This document shows, in pieces, positions 61,560 through 64,000 of a DNA stretch of 64,000 bases. Within the stretch, counting starts at the first letter, position 1; each line of letters opens with the position of its first letter. The notes below the pieces were generated by a model. The model was not told the DNA's origin, made no database searches, and saw nothing but the letters and a program-made list of their open reading frames with translations. The position numbers and the translations under genes are program-made. This stretch comes from an uncultured Collinsella sp. (lineage in GTDB: Bacteria > Actinomycetota > Coriobacteriia > Coriobacteriales > Coriobacteriaceae), in contig CABUTR010000003.1 of assembly GCA_902494555.1 (NCBI GenBank), forward strand, positions 12,651 through 76,650, written 5' to 3'.

Positions 61560-63521
61560 CTAGTTGGTCGTACCGGAATCGTCGCCCGTGCTCGTGCCCG
61601 AGCCCGAGCCCGAACCAGAAAGTGCGACTGTTAGCGTGATCGTGCTGTCGGTGGACTGCTTGCCAGTGGGGGAGACGCCCGTAACGGTGGCATCCTCGTT
61701 ACCGCTTACGGGATTGCCGTTCTGGTCACAGAAGCCGATGTTATAGAAACCGGCGTTGTTGAGCGCGGTAACGGCGGCGGAGATGCTCTTGCCGTACAGG
61801 TTGCCCGGGACGGTGGCCTTGCCGGACTTCTTGGCAATGACGACGGTAATCGTGGCGCCGGGCTTCTGCTTGCCACTGGGGTTCCAGCTGATCACGGTGC
61901 CCTCGGTAACCGAGTCGTTCTCCTGGTAGCTAACGTCGACGCCAAAGCCTGCCATATCGAGGGCGTTGCGCGCCTGGGCCTCGGTCATGTCGGTCAGATC
62001 GGGGACGGACGTGGTATCCGGGCCGCTCGAGACCTTGTACGAGATGGTCGTGCCCTTCGCGACTTCCTTACCGGCTTCGGTGCCCTGCTCAAAGACCTGG
62101 CCCTCATCGGCCTCGTTGGCCTCCTCGGAGGCGTTGCCCTTCAGGCCAACGCTTGCCAGCGCGGCCTCGGCCTGGTCCTTGGTCAGGCCGACAAGCAGGG
62201 GAACCTCAACCTTCTCGGAGGGCTTGGGACCCTTGGAGATTACCAGGTTCACCTTGGTGCCCTTGGCCTTCTTGGTGTTGCCGTTGGGCGTCTGCTCGGC
62301 GACCTTGCCCTCGTCGACATCGTCGTTGTAGCTTTGGTCGATGGTGCCGACCTCGAGGCCGGCTTCCTTGATCAGCTCGACGGCAGTCTGCTGGTCCTTG
62401 CCCAGCACATCGGGCACGGTGACCTGCTCGCCGCCAAAGAGTCCTGTGGCAAAGGCCACCACGATGCCGATGACGGCAACGGCTGCCACCACGGCGGCGA
62501 TGATCTTGTTCTTGTTGGATTTGGGCTTTTCGACCTCGTAGGAGCCGGTGGAGCCCGAAACCGAGCTACGGGCGGTATTCTGGCCGCTCACGCCCGAGAC
62601 GGGGCGCACCATGGCGCGCGTCTGATCGGAAAGCTCGCGAGTCTTGGTGGCGCCCAGCTCGCCGGGGGCACCGATGATGCGCGTGGGCTCCGAGACGTTG
62701 ACGGCACGGCCCGACAGGTAGCTGTTGAGCACCTGACGCAGCTCGTCGGCGGTCTGGAAGCGGTTTGCCGGGTCCTTCTCCATGCACTTGAGGATGATGC
62801 GCTCAAGGTCGGCGTCGACACCGGAGTTGATCTGGCTCGGCGGAATAGGCAGCTCGTTGACCTGCTTGAGTGCGACCGAGATGGCGTCGTCACCGTCAAA
62901 GGGAACGCGGCCGGTGGCGCACTCGTACATCACGACGCCCAGCGAGTAGATATCCGAGGTGGGGCCGAGGTCCTGACCGCGGGTCTGCTCGGGGCTGACG
63001 TAGTGGGCGGTTCCCAGCACGTTGTTGTCTTGCGTGAGGTGGCTGTTCTTGGCACGCGCGATGCCAAAGTCCATCACCTTGATGTTGCCGTCGGGCAGCA
63101 CCATGATGTTCTGCGGCTTAATGTCGCGGTGGATGATCTCGTGCTTGTGGGCGACCGAAAGCGCAGAGCTGATCTGCGAGCCGATCTGGGCGACCTTCTT
63201 GGGGTCGAGGGCGCCGTGGCTCTTGATGCCGCTCTTAAGGTCGGTGCCGCGCAGGTACTCCATGACGATGTAATAGGTGTCGCCGTCCTTGCCCCAATCG
63301 TAGACGCCCACGATATAGGGGGAGGAGAGGCCGGCTGCTGCCTGGGCCTCCTGCTTAAAGCGTGCGGCGAAGGTTGCGTCGCCAGCATACTGCGGCAGCA
63401 TGATCTTGACGGCAACCGTGCGGTCGAGGACCTGGTCCTGTGCACGGTAGACGGTCGCCATGCCGCCTGTTCCCACCTTATCCTTGAGGAGGTATCTTCC
63501 CCCGAGGACCCTCTGTTCCAT
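61560..63521 (-). CDS. pknB: PASTA-domain Ser/Thr protein kinase
   Basis: GTGGMATVY, VAVK, HRDIKPQN, DFGIA, TM helix, PASTA repeats; AGGAG RBS before ATG 63521. Confidence 0.96.
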   Translation of the reverse strand: MEQRVLGGRYLLKDKVGTGGMATVYRAQDQVLDRTVAVKIMLPQYAGDATFAARFKQEAQAAAGLSSPYIVGVYDWGKDGDTYYIVMEYLRGTDLKSGIKSHGALDPKKVAQIGSQISSALSVAHKHEIIHRDIKPQNIMVLPDGNIKVMDFGIARAKNSHLTQDNNVLGTAHYVSPEQTRGQDLGPTSDIYSLGVVMYECATGRVPFDGDDAISVALKQVNELPIPPSQINSGVDADLERIILKCMEKDPANRFQTADELRQVLNSYLSGRAVNVSEPTRIIGAPGELGATKTRELSDQTRAMVRPVSGVSGQNTARSSVSGSTGSYEVEKPKSNKNKIIAAVVAAVAVIGIVVAFATGLFGGEQVTVPDVLGKDQQTAVELIKEAGLEVGTIDQSYNDDVDEGKVAEQTPNGNTKKAKGTKVNLVISKGPKPSEKVEVPLLVGLTKDQAEAALASVGLKGNASEEANEADEGQVFEQGTEAGKEVAKGTTISYKVSSGPDTTSVPDLTDMTEAQARNALDMAGFGVDVSYQENDSVTEGTVISWNPSGKQKPGATITVVIAKKSGKATVPGNLYGKSISAAVTALNNAGFYNIGFCDQNGNPVSGNEDATVTGVSPTGKQSTDSTITLTVALSGSGSGSGTSTGDDSGTTN

Positions 63522-63653
63522 TCCTGCTCCTAACATAACTATTCGCTCAACGATGTGTGTAGTACCTACGATGTGGCCGCTGGGGCCGTGTGGCGCGTTG
63601 CCGCTAACTCTTCGGCCGCGGCGCGCCTCGGGTGTCCGATTCGATCATGGGCA

Positions 63654-64000
63654 TCACGCTCCCTGTGCGGCAAGCGCCGCGGTCAGGACGATACCGGCAA
63701 TCTTGGCGGCCTCGACGTCATGCTTGTCGAAATCCTCCAAGGCCACCGAGATGGCGACCGTGGGTGAATCGTAAGGTGCAAAGCCAACGAACATCGAGTT
63801 GACGTTGGTGCCGCCGGTCTCGGCCGAGCCGGTCTTGCCGGCGACCTTGACGCCGGGGATTTGGGCATCGGTGCCGGTGCCGGACTGGACGACGGCAAGC
63901 ATGGCCTGCTTGACCTGGTCGGCCGTGGCGGAGCTGACGGCCTGACCCAGCGAGCGGGACTGCGTGGTCTTGACCACGGTTCCGTCCGGGGCGAGTACCT
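63654..64000 (-). CDS. Penicillin-binding protein transpeptidase C-terminus (PbpA-like), partial
   Basis: [22 protein letters not shown]; upstream of pknB; runs off the right edge. Confidence 0.9.
   Translation of the reverse strand, partial: VLAPDGTVVKTTQSRSLGQAVSSATADQVKQAMLAVVQSGTGTDAQIPGVKVAGKTGSAETGGTNVNSMFVGFAPYDSPTVAISVALEDFDKHDVEAAKIAGIVLTAALAAQGA

Overview
High-GC chromosomal window from an anaerobic actinobacterium. Gene content and style suggest Coriobacteriia, most likely Collinsella; this is an inference. Left to right: a partial GH106-like glycosidase with a divergent AraC gene, a GH1 6-phospho-beta-glucosidase, a Cof-type HAD and PTS EIIA-Glc; a nickel/hydrogenase-maturation cluster (His-rich small ORF, nikR, hypF-hypC-hypD-hypE) with no hydrogenase structural genes in view; thioredoxin; an orphan LytTR/GHKL pair; nadABC-niaR with a palindromic operator; ferredoxin; dnaK-grpE-dnaJ-hspR and clpB sharing a HAIR-like box; an aconitase-family hydratase; a divergent pair of paralogous unknown proteins framed by repeats; a TetR/DUF5692-like membrane protein locus facing a large Fe-S flavo-oxidoreductase plus hypA; a ManLMN-type PTS; tRNA-Arg(CCT); an accessory sugar region of about 15 kb (decayed Fe-ADH, mannose-class PTS + GH32, a LevR-like regulator present as one intact and one internally deleted copy, a fructoselysine frl-type operon); then a PASTA kinase and a partial PBP. 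The most notable unannotated signals: (1) a dispersed ~165-bp structured element with four full and one or two partial copies, whose stems diverge while pairing and short motifs are kept; (2) a second family of GGGAC-loop hairpins, two of which bracket an unknown gene as inverted repeats; (3) traces of operon duplication followed by reciprocal loss; (4) the uncharacterised TetR-DUF5692-oxidoreductase-HypA module. No CRISPR array, rRNA, integrase or transposase was seen. Family assignments come from motif recognition by eye; no searches were run.
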